Below are positions 1 through 12,149 of a DNA stretch of 64,000 nucleotides, piece after piece. Numbering within the stretch: position 1 is the stretch's first letter; each line of letters starts with the position of its first letter. Below the pieces are notes generated by a model, which saw only the letters and a program-made list of their open reading frames with translations, had not been told where the DNA came from and did not search any database. The stretch is taken from positions 101,062,001 through 101,126,000 of the forward strand of contig NC_058373.1 of assembly GCF_018350175.1 (NCBI RefSeq), in the 5' to 3' direction. The position numbers were made by a program, and so were the translations under genes. This DNA comes from Felis catus (Eukaryota).

Positions 1-54
1 CAGCTTCCTTCTTCCATTTCCGCTGCATAATTGTTTTATGAATGATAGTAATTA

Positions 55-250
55 TACTAATACTTAATAGTACTAGGTGCCAGTGTCCTAAGCATTTTAC
101 ATATTTTTTGCATTTATTCCTTGTAACAATTCACTGCTACTATACCCATTTTTTAGATGTGGAAACTCAGGTGGAGACAGGTTAAGTAACTCGCCTAAGG
201 TCACGTAACTAGTGAGTTGTAGAGAAGGGAAGAAATCAGTCAAGGCAGGA
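55..250 (-). mobile_element. MIR SINE fragment
   Basis: MIR core in reverse orientation: 'cccatttttagatgtggaaactcagg...ggttaagtaactcgcctaaggtcac'. Confidence 0.75.
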
Positions 251-357
251 AAAAAAATGCAAGGTACTATGGTAACATAGTATATTTTAAATATTAGTTT
301 TTCCAACATTTTATTTTTTCCTTTGCTATTCCCCCCACATAAAACAGTTAGACTCTT

Positions 358-524
358 GGGGCACATAGGTGGCTCATTCAGCTAAGCATCCAGACACTTG
401 ATTTTGGCTCAGGTCACGATCTCACGGTTCATAGGTTCAAGCCCTGCATTGGGCTCTGTGCTGACAGTGTGGAGCCTGCTTGGGATTCTCTCTCTCCCTC
501 TCTCTCTGCCCCTTTCCTGCTCAT

Positions 525-606
<82 letters not shown>

Positions 607-652
607 ATATTAAACAAAAAGAATTTCCCATTATTTAAATTAAAAAAAAAAA
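358..652 (+). mobile_element. CanSINE (SINEC)
   Basis: tRNA-like head, (CT)n tract, (AAAT)n tail; agactctt on both flanks (partial TSD). Confidence 0.9.
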
Positions 653-1054
653 ACAGACTCTTCTGTGTTTATTGACTTGGAGAATGGATATGGAAAACAA
701 AGTTGTTGTTTTTTTCTGGCTTCTATCTTTCAGTTGCTTAAGCTTTTAGGGAAAAACAAAGTGAGTCACTACATAGATGATTTGGGAGAAAACATAGGGT
801 GAAGTTTATGCACGCATACACACTCATACAGACACACTTGCACACCTACATAGGGGTATGTGCTTGCTAAAGAGAAGAGAAATAGAGAGAAAGCAATGAA
901 AGTGAAGATACTATAGTGTAGAGCCTGTATCTTGCTATTAAGCCCTGAGGGGGTGGTAAAAGTCCATAAACAGGTTCATGAAATCCAAAAGGAGAGAACT
1001 TGAACCTCATTTCCTGGAGGAAGTGAGAGATAGACATTTAAAACACAGAGAAGA

Positions 1055-1517
1055 GGGGCGCCTGGGTGGCTCAGTCGGTTCAGCATCCAAATTCAGCTCA
1101 AGTCATGATCTCATGATTTATGGGTTTGAGCCAGCATTGGGCTCTGTGCTGACAGCTCAGAGCCTGGAGCCTGCTTCAGATTCTCTCTCCCTCTCTCCCT
1201 CTCTCCCTCTCTCTGCCCCTCCCCCACTTGCACTCTTGTCTCTCTCTCAAAAATAAATAAACACGGGGGCGCCTGGGTGGCGCAGTCGGTTAAGTGTCCG
1301 GCTTCAGCCAGGTCACGATCTCGCGGTCCGTGAGTTCAAGCCCCGCGTCAGGCTCTGGGCTGATGGCTCGGAGCCTGGAGCCTGTTTCCGATTCTGTGTC
1401 TCCCTCTCTCTCTGCCCCTCCCCCGTTCATGCTCTGTCTCTTTCTGTCCCAAAAATAAATAAAAACGTTGAAAACAAATTTTTTTTAAATAAATAAACAT
1501 GAAAAAAAAATGTTTAA
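1055..1517 (+). mobile_element. CanSINE whose A-tail is interrupted by a second SINE
   Basis: ggggcgcctgggtggctcagtcgg head, CT tract; tail continues after the nested element. Confidence 0.9.
1266..1486 (+). mobile_element. Young felid-type CanSINE nested in a SINE tail
   Basis: Keeps many CpGs ('gcgcagtcggttaag...gatggctcggagcc'); TSD aaataaataaaca(c/t)g at 1251-1265 and 1487-1501. Confidence 0.9.
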
Positions 1518-1629
1518 ATGCAGAGAACAAATGGCCAGCAACCTTAATGCATAGGTAGAGTTTGTACTGTGATCCAGAAGCATCAGAATGTTGACCAGTT
1601 AGCCAAACTATGTAAAGACCCCAGTTTTC

Positions 1630-1658
1630 ATCAACTGATAAATGGATAAAGAAGATGT

Positions 1659-1700
<42 letters not shown>

Positions 1701-2130
1701 CATGCACACAATGGAATATTACTCAGCCATCAAAAATGAAATCTTGCCATTTCCAACAGTGTGGATGGAGCTAGAGCATACTATGCTAAGTGAAATAAGT
1801 CAGTCAGAGAAAGACAAATACCATATGATTTCACTCATATGTGGAGTTTAGGAGACAAAACAGATGAACACATGGAAAGGAAGATAAAAAGAGAAGAAAT
1901 GGAAACAAACCACAAGAGACCTTTAGTGATAGAGAACAAACTGAGGATTGATGGAAGGAGGTAGGTGGGTGATGGGCTAGATGGGTGATGGGTATTAAGG
2001 AGGGCACTTGTTATGATGAGCACTGGGTGTTATATGTAAGAGATGAATCACTAAATTCTACTCCTGAAACCAGTATTTCACTATATGCTAACTAACTAGA
2101 GTTTAAATAAAAATTTGGAAGAAAAAGAAT
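1630..2130 (+). mobile_element. Carnivore L1 3' fragment (ORF2 C-terminus plus 3'UTR) containing (CA)n
   Basis: Translates MEYYSAIKNEILPF..WMELE..MLSEISQSEKDKYHMISLICG; aataaa and A-rich tail. Confidence 0.9.
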
Positions 2131-2599
2131 AATAAAGTAGTCCTTAATCTAAGAAACTCAGAATACTTTAATATAGAAGTCAATGATTATTGTTACTTGG
2201 GGGGAAATGGCATTGACTTCAAAATTCCAATAATTTAATGTCTGCACTGAAAATATTGTTAAACTTCTATGGAAGACAATGCTTGCTAGTAAAAATATAA
2301 TTGGTAAATCTCTACAGATGTATAGTCAAATTAATGTAAAATTTAGCTTAATAGATAATTATATCTGTGATTTTATCATAATTTAATAGAAATATACTGC
2401 AAGTCCTAATGTCACATATTCTAAGAAATTTGTTTAGAAACTGCAGGTAAATAATTCAGAAAAAAAGAAAGAATGTTGACCAGCTTCCCAAGAGTGGCAC
2501 TAGATTTACAAAGAGAATTATTAGACCCAGGAGGATATAGCCTGAATGGACAAATGGCAAAAGACCAGTTGAGGTAAAGAATACCTTGGTGGCTATCTG

Positions 2600-3100
2600 C
2601 ATGGACAGATGACTGAGGATTGTGTGGACCCTTTCTAACACTTAAACATCCTGATTTGTACACAAATGTTTATAGAATCTTTATTCATTATTTCCCCAAA
2701 CTATACACAACACAGACATCTTTCACATGAGTGATAGACAAATATCCTGTGGTACATCTAATACAATGGATCATTACTCAGTAACAAAAATAGATGAACT
2801 ACTGATACGTGCAATGACATTGGTGAATCATAAAGGCATTATGCTAAGTGAATGGAGCCAAGCTCAGAGGTTATACATTCTGTCATTCCATTTATAAGGC
2901 ATTCAGAGCTATATGGTAAGAAAATAGGTAAGAATTGGTAGGGTCTGGAGCAGAAGGTGCAGTTGACTAAACAGTACTTAAGGGACTTTGGGGGGTGAGG
3001 CAATTCCTTGATATTTTTATTGTGGTGGTAACATAACTTTATGAACTATACACTAGAAAGGGTGAGTTTTTACTGTATAGAAGTTATGCCTTAATAAAAA
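2600..3100 (+). mobile_element. Ancient L1M 3' end
   Basis: Degenerate 'tgtggtacatc..atacaatgga..attactcag' and 'attatgctaagtgaa'; ends in caataaa-like tail. Confidence 0.65.
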
Positions 3101-3113
3101 ATATATTAGTTTA

Positions 3114-3351
3114 GGGATGCCTGAGTGGCTCAGTCGGTTGGGCGGCCGACTTCAGCTCAGGTCATGATCTTGCGGTCTGTAAGTTCAAGCCCCACGTTGG
3201 GCTCTGTGCTGACAGCTCAGAGCCTGGAGCCTGCTTCTGTTTCTGTGTTTCCCTCTCTCTCTGCCCCTCCCCCATTCGCATTCTGTCTCTCTCTGCCTTT
3301 CAAAAATGAATAAATGTTGAAAAAATTTTTTTTAAAATAAAAAATAAAATA
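3114..3351 (+). mobile_element. CanSINE
   Basis: Canonical head, CT tract and A tail; TSD aaaaatatattagt on both sides. Confidence 0.92.
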
Positions 3352-3494
3352 AAAAATATATTAGTCTATAGAAATCTTCCCAACCAGTTTAGAACCTTAT
3401 ATTTGATCCCACTGTTGATTCTAATTTTTTCTATTGGAAACTAGTGTGTCATTGCAAATTGTACAATAGGTAGGGGGATATTTTTGTGGGGGAA

Positions 3495-3560
3495 AATTTT
3501 CAATTTATAATTTATAATTTATAATTTCAATTTATAAATTTTCAATTTATAATTGAAAAT
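3495..3560. repeat. AT-rich short tandem repeat (ATTTATA-like) ending in a 10-bp hairpin
   Basis: Repeated 'ttcaatttata/atttata' units; attttcaatt-tat-aattgaaaat. Confidence 0.6.
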
Positions 3561-3569
3561 CAAACAAGA

Positions 3570-5650
3570 AAATAAAGAATTAAAAACCGTATGATATATT
3601 CCAATTTCATTGAGAATGAATATTGTTAAAATGGCTATACCACCCAAAGTGATCTATCTATAGATTGAATGCAATCCCTATCAAAATTCTAATGGCATTT
3701 TTCACAGAAATAGAAATAACAATCCCAAAGTCATATGGAATCACAAAATAAATAGTCAAAGAAATTCTGAGAAAGAAGAACAAAGCTGGAGGCATTACAT
3801 TTCCTGATTTCAAACAATATTACAAAGCTATAGTGATCAAAACACTATGGTATTGGCATAAAAACAGATGCATAGATCAGTGGAACAGAGTAGAGAGCCC
3901 TGAAATAAACCCATGTATATATGGTTACTTAAATTTTTACCAAGGAGCTAAGAGTATACAATACAGAAAGTGATAGTCTTTTCAATAAATGGTGTTGGGA
4001 AAATTGGATATCCACATGCAAAAGAGTGAAAGTGGACACCTATCTTACACCATACACAAAAATCAATTCATAATGAATCAAAGACTTGAACATAAGATGT
4101 GGAGCTATAAAACTTCTAGAAAATTCAGAGGTAGGCTCCCTCACGTTGGTCTTAGCAATGATTTTTTGGATTTGACACCACAAGCAAAGGCAACAAAAAC
4201 AAAAGTAAACAACGACTGCATCAAACTAAAAACTTTCCACACAGGAAAGGAAACCATCAACAAAATGAAAAGGCAACCTATGGAACAGAGCAAATATGTG
4301 CAAAACACATAATCTGATAAGGGGCTAATATCCAAAACATACAAGGAATCTATATAACTCAATGACAAAGAAAAAATAAAAATAAATAACCCAATTAAAA
4401 ACTGGACAAATGACTTGAATAGCCATTTTTCAAAGAAGACATGCAGATGGCCAACAGGTACATGGAAAGGTTCTCAACATCACTCATCACCAGGGAAATG
4501 CAAATCAAAACCACAATGAGATATCGCCTTACACCAGCTAGGATATCTATTGTCAAAAAGACAAGACATTAACAAATGTTGGTGAGGATGTGGAGAAAGG
4601 GAACACTCATACACTGTTGGTGTATTATAAACTAGTACAGCTCTCACCATGGAGAGCAGTGTAGAGCTTCCTCAAGAAATTAAAACTAAAATGACCATAT
4701 GATTCAGCAATCTTTCTTCTGGATATATATCCAAAGGAAATGAAATCACTCTGTCAAAGAGATATCTGCACTCCCATGTTCGTTACAGTGTATTTCACAA
4801 AGGCAAGGTATGAAAATACCTTAAATGTCAATCGATGGATGAGTGGATAAAGAAAATTATAACATATATAATATATATATAGAATATATATATATGAAGA
4901 AAATCCTGCCATTTGCAACAACATGGAAGAACATGGAGGGCATATGGCATAAGTCAAGTAAGCCAGAGAAAGACAAATCCTGCATGGTATCACTTAAGTG
5001 TAGAATCTAAAAAACAGAAAAAAGTTGAATTCGTAGAAGACGAGTTGAATGATGGTTGCCAGGGGCTGGGAAGGGAAGGATATAGAGAGAGGCGAGTTAA
5101 AGGCTACAAACTTTCAGTTATGAAATGAATAAAATTAGAAGATCTAATATATAACGTTGTAGCTATAGTTGATAATACTATATTGTATAGTTAACATTTT
5201 CTTTTTTTTTTAAGTTTATTTATTTGTTATGAGAGAGATGAGAGAGAGAGTGTGTGAGCTGGGGAGGGCAGAGACAGAGGGAGAGAGAGAATCCCAAGCA
5301 GGCTCCATGCCATCAGCACAGAGCCCAATGGGGGGCTCGAACTCACAAACCATGAGATGTGAACTAGGCTGAAACCAAGAGTCGGACGCTTAATTGACTG
5401 AGCCACCCAGGTGCCCTTGAAATTTTCTAAGAAGAACTTAAGTATTCTCACACACACACACACACAAAATAGTTAAGTATGTGAGGTGGTACATGTATGA
5501 GTGAACTTAATGGTGGGAATCTTTTCTCCATGTACATGTATATCAAATCATCATGTTATACACTTTAAATATATTACAATTTTATATGTCAATTACACCT
5601 CCATAAAGCTAAAAACATTTTTAAACTTAAAGACATAAAAAAATAAATAA
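3570..5650 (+). mobile_element. Old L1 (L1MA-type): 3' half of ORF2 plus 3'UTR, interrupted by a SINE
   Basis: Broken ORF2 motifs ([35 protein letters not shown]) and L1MA-like 3'UTR. Confidence 0.88.
5200..5416 (-). mobile_element. CanSINE inside L1 3'UTR
   Basis: T tract, (GA)n, reverse head 'gagccacccaggtgccc'. Confidence 0.9.
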
Positions 5651-5812
5651 AATTCTATGGTATATTTTAAATCTCACATGCTATGTGGCTAGTATTTTGA
5701 CTTTATTTCATTTTCCTTTTAGTGGGGTATTGGCTATTCAGTTAACAAGCCCAACTAGACTCCTTCCTCAGAATGAATTATTTCAAACTACTTTAAATTT
5801 CTCATCAAGGCA

Positions 5813-5819
5813 ATTTTTT

Positions 5820-5872
<53 letters not shown>

Positions 5873-6034
5873 ATGAGCAGGGGAGAGGGGCAGAGGGACA
5901 GAGAGAGAAAGAGAGAATCTCAAGCATGCTCAGCATAGAGACTGATGTGGGGTTTGATCCCATGACCTTGAGATCATGACCTGAGCTGAAATCAAGAGCT
6001 GGACACTCAACCAAATGAGCCACCTAGGCTCCCC
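5813..6034 (-). mobile_element. CanSINE with long (GA)n
   Basis: Reverse head; TSD caaggcaattttt at 5806 and 6035. Confidence 0.9.
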
Positions 6035-6256
6035 CAAGGCAATTTTTATGCTAGAGAGTTGCTATATCATACATAAAATTCTACAAAAAAATGTGTAATT
6101 TCAATGAATCATTAGACACTTTCTGTGAAATACACTGCAACAAAGTGCATGTCATAGAACTCTAGCCTCTTGAGACTTAAATCCAGCCCATATGAAATTC
6201 TGTTCTTTAAATCAGGGAAGTCTTTTCAACAGAGATTTTCTATAGTCAGTTTGCAG

Positions 6257-6316
6257 CACAGTTTGTTTAACTACACAGTTTACTACACAGTTTAACTACA
6301 CAGTTTACTAACTACA
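6257..6316. repeat. Small minisatellite, 12-13 bp unit ACTACACAGTTT(A)
   Basis: Three near-identical tandem units plus partial copies. Confidence 0.8.
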
Positions 6317-6410
6317 AAAATAATAAATTAAAATGAAAGCACTAACAGGCTTGTCTAGTGTTGGCATCTATAGGGCATCTATAACGTGGGTAAGATGGTA
6401 AGAATATCTC

Positions 6411-6648
6411 TTTTTATTTTTTTTATTTTTTTATTATTATTTTTTTTAATGTTTATTTTTGAGAGAGGGAGAGAAAGAGAATGTGAGTTGGGGAGGGGCA
6501 GAGAGAGAGGGAGACACTGAATCTGAAGCAGGATCCAGGCTCTGAGCTGTCAGTGCAGAGCCCCACGCAGAGCCTGAACTCACACACCATGAGATCATGA
6601 CCTGAGCCAAGTCCTGACGCTTAACTGACTGAGCCACCCAGGCGCCCC
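6411..6648 (-). mobile_element. CanSINE
   Basis: Reverse head; TSD atatctcttttta. Confidence 0.92.
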
Positions 6649-8829
6649 TGGATATCTCTTTTTACTTTTCACTCAGCTCATCAGTAGTCAGCTTAGGTGA
6701 GATGCAAATTTAGCCAGTAGTGAGGGCTGAGGACTTACCAACACTAACCAAGTCAATTCAGTGCCTGGAAGCATTGTTGAGTGACTCTCCTCATGGAATC
6801 CTGGGAAATCCTAAAGCCTAAATCTGTCCCTTAGGCTCTCCGTTGTCTTGAGATAAAATTGAAAGTCTTTAACATGACATCTAAGGCTCTTCTAATGTTA
6901 TTTTCTCTCTCCCACCCCAGTCACTCTGGGCTTACTTATTTTTCCAATTTTCCAAGTTCAACACCCCCACAGCCAAACCTATATGTGTAGATAGTAAACC
7001 ATCCTTGTACACTAGCATTACTAATAAATAAAATTTCAAATATTCTACTGCATCAGATTTAAGTTGCATTTTTAAGAATCGGTATATGGTACCATATGCG
7101 TGAGGGTGTTTATAAATCCCTCAGCGGTAGTTTGGAAATATTGGAACCACAGTCGCCACTTCCTTCCCATGTGTAGAATGGCGTGCCTGTTGGGACAGCT
7201 GCTACTCTAAGATAAACAAAGAAGAGGGAGCTTTGGCAATGAGCTAGTGAGCTTTGCCTCCTTGAGAGCTTCAGTAATGGCTTTGCCCTGAGCAATTTTC
7301 CATTGGATTAGTGGGGTTTGAAATCTGTTGATGTTTTCTGAGGACACAGTGGAGTAAAAACACACAAAAATATGATTCTTGGGGATAAATTCATTGAGAG
7401 TTTGGCATTTGCCCCATAACACTAGAAAGTATATCTGAAATCTGAAACTATATTGTGCTAATAAAAGCATATTGAACACATTTGTGTATTTCCTTAAAAG
7501 GAGGATAATGACACTGTTTATTATTCTTTGTCTGAATCACATTTTAAGGTGACTTTTCATTTGCTCTCTATTTTTCTTTATTGAGGCAGTAATTGGACAC
7601 AGTCATTCTTTTGTAACTAAGGCTTTCTCTATCAATAGGCAACTGTACCTGAATACCATTCACTTTCAAACCAAAAAAGGGCATCACATACTTTGTCCAG
7701 TCCTGAGAGCAAAATCTGATTAAGAAGCTGGTACATCACTATTATCATACTCCCTATATGAATTATAAGGGGAAAAGCCAAGGAAACAGAGAGCATACAG
7801 TCTGAGGAGAATGTCTTATTGAGCTGGGATCACAGCTGTCATTGCGCATTTTGTCACTTCTTGATGAACTAGGAAAATCTTAAAGTTGCAATAAGTCATC
7901 TAATTCATTAGCTAGATCCTAAAATAGTTTTAGGAAGGAGAAATCACTGTTAAAAGAGAAAATATGGCTTAATAAAGCTTCCATAGCCTTTTAAATATCT
8001 CTGTTCCATACTGATTTTGAATATCTGAGCTATGGTATACAATCAAGGCAGTAAAAAATGACATTTGAAACTGTGTTCTTTGGCATGTTCATCAGTTTGT
8101 CCTAAAGAGCTAGAGAACTGATTGAAAACCAATCAGTTGTCCATACTATCTGACTGTTCCTATTATTACAATGGTAAATGCATTTTATGGTCTGGTTCAA
8201 CTCTTTCGATGGCCAAATCAGGGTATTTGCATGTGTTATGATTAATGATTAATCTGCATTGGCCACACATTGGTAAGTAGGTATTTTATATACCATATGG
8301 TCAAATATAACTTGAATTTCCCTCCAAATTATGACTCTGGAAGGAGGAAGTTGTATTACACTCAAATCTCTTCAAAACCTCTTATACGACCATTATTTTA
8401 TTTTAAACAAAAGAATATTATTTAAGAGAGATACATTAGCTTAAAATGATCTCAATCAAGTCTAGCATCTAATGCATAGATGGGTTATCTGATGGAAATT
8501 CCCTAAAAAAAAAAAGACAAATTTAGCAAAAGTTCACAATGCTTACATACAGGTTTTTTAAAAAAAATCATTAATTTTAAAAAGAATAGAATCACATGGT
8601 ACAAGATTCAAACTATTCAGAAGAGTAAAGAATAAAAAAAAAACAAACCAAACACAAACAGAAACACCCCTCCCTTCCAGTCTTGTCCTCCGAACACCCA
8701 GTTCCCTTTCCTGGAGACAGTTGATATTATCATAAACACACCATTTCAAGAGATCTCTTTAAAAAACAGTATTGTGCAGGGCATGTCATAGTCATAGGAT
8801 TAATAGAAACATCGGATGATTTAACGTCC

Positions 8830-8940
8830 TGAAAATGGGTTGTTTGGGCTTGGAACTGAACTTCTGGGGTATCTTACAAAGATTCCAAAAGTGCTGCATC
8901 ACAAATATGTCAGATGGAAGTGAAGGATGTGTGCCAAGGA
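8830..8940 (+). mobile_element. Fossil pogo/Tc2-like (TcMar) transposase C-terminal fragment
   Basis: WVVWAWN* at 8836, then after a frameshift RFQKCCITNMSDGSE at 8880; resembles the pogo-family W..AW...FKKCCISNALDGSEDD motif. Confidence 0.55.
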
Positions 8941-9166
8941 CAGCTGTGTTGGAGGACATGAACTTCCACACTAAGGTAGTCCGTGTTTGAAAAGTTATGA
9001 ATTGTGTACACTGAAATAATTCATTCACTTATTTACTAATCTGTATTGGAAACCTACCCATGTGTCAGGTACAGCAATAGGCATGAGAGATGATACTGTG
9101 AAAAAGAACAACATAGAAGCTAACTTTTCAGGGCAGTTGGCTAAATGATTAAGAAATTAGAAAGTA

Positions 9167-9290
9167 GGGGTGCCTGACTGGCTCAGTTGGAAGAGCATAT
9201 GCAATTCTTGATCTTGGGGTTGTGAGTTCGAGCCCCATGTTGGGTATAAAGATTACTTAAAAATAAAATCTTTAAAAAAAAAAGGAAAGG
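9167..9290 (+). mobile_element. Short CanSINE variant (tRNA-Lys-like head, no CT tract)
   Basis: Head followed by 'gattacttaaaaataaaatcttt' and A tail; degenerate TSD aagaaa(c)ttagaa(a/g)gta. Confidence 0.85.
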
Positions 9291-9393
9291 AAAAGAAACT
9301 TAGAAGGTATAATAAGTATCCCTGAAAATGGGCAAAAATATTAAAAATTCATAAAGGATTGCAAAATGACTCCTTAGTACAGCATTGCCACTA

Positions 9394-9603
9394 TTTTTTT
9401 TAATTTTCTGAAGTTTATTTATTTTGAGAGAGAGAGAGAGAGAAAGAGAGAAAGCTTGAGTGGGGGATGGGCAGAGAAAGAAGAGAGAGCGAGAATCCCA
9501 AGCAGCCTCTGCCTTGACTGCAGTGAGCCTGGTGAGGCTTAAATTCATGTACCATGAGATCATGACCTGAGCTGAAGTCAGACACTTAGCCAACAAGCAC
9601 CCC
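9394..9603 (-). mobile_element. CanSINE
   Basis: T tail, GA tract, reverse head; degenerate TSD tt(g/a)(c/t)cactatttttt. Confidence 0.88.
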
Positions 9604-9612
9604 TTATCACTA

Positions 9613-9635
9613 TTTTTTTTAAGATTTTTAAAAGT

Positions 9636-9674
<39 letters not shown>

Positions 9675-9854
9675 GGGAGCACAAGTGGGGGAGGGGCAGA
9701 GACAGAGGGAGAGAGAGAAAGAGAGAGAGAGAATCCTAAGCAGGGTCCACATTATCAGTGTGGAGCCCTATGCAGGGCTCAAACCCACGAACTGTGAAAT
9801 CATGACCTGAGCTGAAGTTGGACACCTCACCAACTAAACCACCCAGGTGCCCCC
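9613..9854 (-). mobile_element. CanSINE
   Basis: (TTTA)n tail, reverse head; TSD ttatcactatttttt at 9604 and 9856. Confidence 0.9.
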
Positions 9855-11335
9855 TTTATCACTATTTTTTAAACTAGGAAATATTCTTTTGGCTAAGTTG
9901 TCATTTTGATTAAATAGATGAGCCATCTAGCATGACTTCAATTGAGCTATTCTTTGTCCAAATCATTTACAGCTATTAAAATATTAGACATTATTATTAT
10001 CCCAGTTTATATTCTCTCTCTCCTCTGTACTTCCATAGTTACCTACAAATTTCCATCAGAGATTTTATGACATTGTGCTATAATTTAGCTTCACCTTCTT
10101 TCTTTCCCTATATAATGGCATCCTTGAGAACAAGTGGTTTTATTTTCTCTTAGTATTTCCAGTTCTTATCATATAATAGATTGAATGAGTGAATAAAGGA
10201 ATAATGATCCTAAAACTGGCAATATGGGTTTTGTGATCTCACCTATTCTCAAAGGATGTGTTTTCGCTATTCAGTCAAATTGCTTCTGGTCTCACCCTTC
10301 TTGGAATAGGCGATCCAAAGGGGATACCTCTTTATCTCATGACTAATGAGCCATCCAGTCTCCATTCATTGCTATGACTTTTTAAGTATACATTTGCAGA
10401 GGTTTCAAAAGCCATTTGGAAATGTAATTATCATGTTTTCCACCTACATAAATACATAAGGGATGGATTTATTTATGTGCTTAGGTATATAATACGTGTC
10501 CTGTTTTTTTTTTTTTCCCCTAGAATTTTCCCTTTTTCAGCACACATTTCTGGGGCAAAGAAGGTTATGCTATATTTTCAGTCACCGTCCATCAAAGGGA
10601 ACCCAGAGAAAATGTGCATATACCCAAGAGCACCTTTCTCACAGGCCTTGGGTAATGACTCACTGTTGTTTACAAGAGGATTTTGCCTCATGTGAAACAG
10701 GTGTTGAAACATTTGGACAGCTCTGTAAAAATTTTAGTGAAATGCGGTGAGCGTTAATCATCAGCCTGCATATTTTTTAAAAGTACTTTTGGTCCTCCGA
10801 GCCACCTTCAACTTGCAGAGCGATCTTTTCTCATGTTCCCTTTGACCTATTGTCTCCTGTCTTGTAGCCTTCACTCATACGTCACCATACTACTGCACCC
10901 ACCCATGCCTCTCACCACCACCCCCGCCCCCGATTTCACCAGCATACCTCCTTTCTAGTATTCATCTAGCTTCTAAAATTTCCCAACAACTTCCACCACT
11001 AAGTGAAAGTGAAGTGGCAATTTCTCCTGGTCCCTACGTCTGTCTGACATGCTGCCTCAGGTGTTTTCCTCTATACTGTACCACACTGCTTAGCGGATGA
11101 CAGCAATGGGTAAGCAGGCAACAAGGAAACCCTCTACAAGATGAAAGTTGATTACTGTGAAAATCCTCTGGACCAACCCCAGCTTACATTGCTGCAGTAT
11201 GTAACTACAAAAATCGGTTTGAAGAACATAAATACTGGTATGGTTTCACAGTGTTGCCTGGAAGCATAAAAAATTTCCCACTTCCCACCTTAATTATCTT
11301 ACCCTTTTTACATATTTATTGTACACTGCCCAAAC

Positions 11336-11520
11336 TCCTTCTTCTCCTCCTCCTCCCCCTCCCCCTCCCTCTTCCCCTCCCCTCCTCCTCCTCGTCGTCG
11401 TCCTCCTCCTCCTCCTCCTTTTTCTTCTTCTTCTTCTTCTTCTTCTTCTTCTTCTTCTTCTTCTTCTTCTTCTTCTTCTTCTTCTTCTTCTTCTTCTTCT
11501 TCACCGTCATCATCGTCGTG
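11336..11520. repeat. Compound microsatellite (CCT)n/(CGT)n/(CTT)n
   Basis: Long pyrimidine tract with an uninterrupted CTT run at about 11422-11502. Confidence 0.95.
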
Positions 11521-12149
11521 TTAAAAGATGATATTAAGAAGGGAGATGTGAGAAATACCAAATCTTTTTACTTCAGAAGGTGACCAAAAATCAATGAATC
11601 CTTTACTTTGAGCTCTGCAAGTCTTCCAAAAGCAGTTGAAAAATTTGCAACTGATGGCTCTCTGGGAGATATTTTTAGCAATTTTGGTGCTGTTAAATCA
11701 CCTGGGGAGGAGGAACACAATGGTCCATCTGGTCCATCTGCACTCTAGACCTAGCATGATGTTTTAAGTATCATGACCTCAACAACAGTTAGAAACTCAT
11801 CCTAATCTAGCTCCATCTTCCACAGCAAAGACTAAATCTTCATAGTAAATAAGAATGAAGCAAAGAATCAAAAAATGCATCAACTAGAATTTATGCCTTT
11901 TGTAATTATCTAACTTAACTGTATAAATACACTGAAGATAAATCATGTAATCAAGGCCTCAGTACCCTGTGTACATTGTTGTTTCATATTAACAAGTAAC
12001 AAAATTTCATAGACCATTCTCCCCCCAAAATTTATGTTTTGTTAGCTTCTGCCTGGCTATTTGCTTGAGGGTGATGTGGTTGATTGTTTTTCCATTTGGC
12101 ATTAAAGTCCATTACCCTCCCTAGCTCTTCCTATGAGATATCTCCTGTC

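Noticed and set aside
6257..6316. Short direct repeats (also near 13447, 35421 and 54794) as a possible CRISPR-like array
   Set aside because: Contiguous slippage duplications without unique spacers, in a mammalian genome.
9167..9250. tRNA-Lys-like sequence (also at 33475)
   Set aside because: Has a SINE tail, TSDs and broken stems, so it is a short CanSINE rather than a tRNA gene.
11251..11583. Poly-F/K/L/S ORFs
   Set aside because: Translations of a trinucleotide microsatellite.
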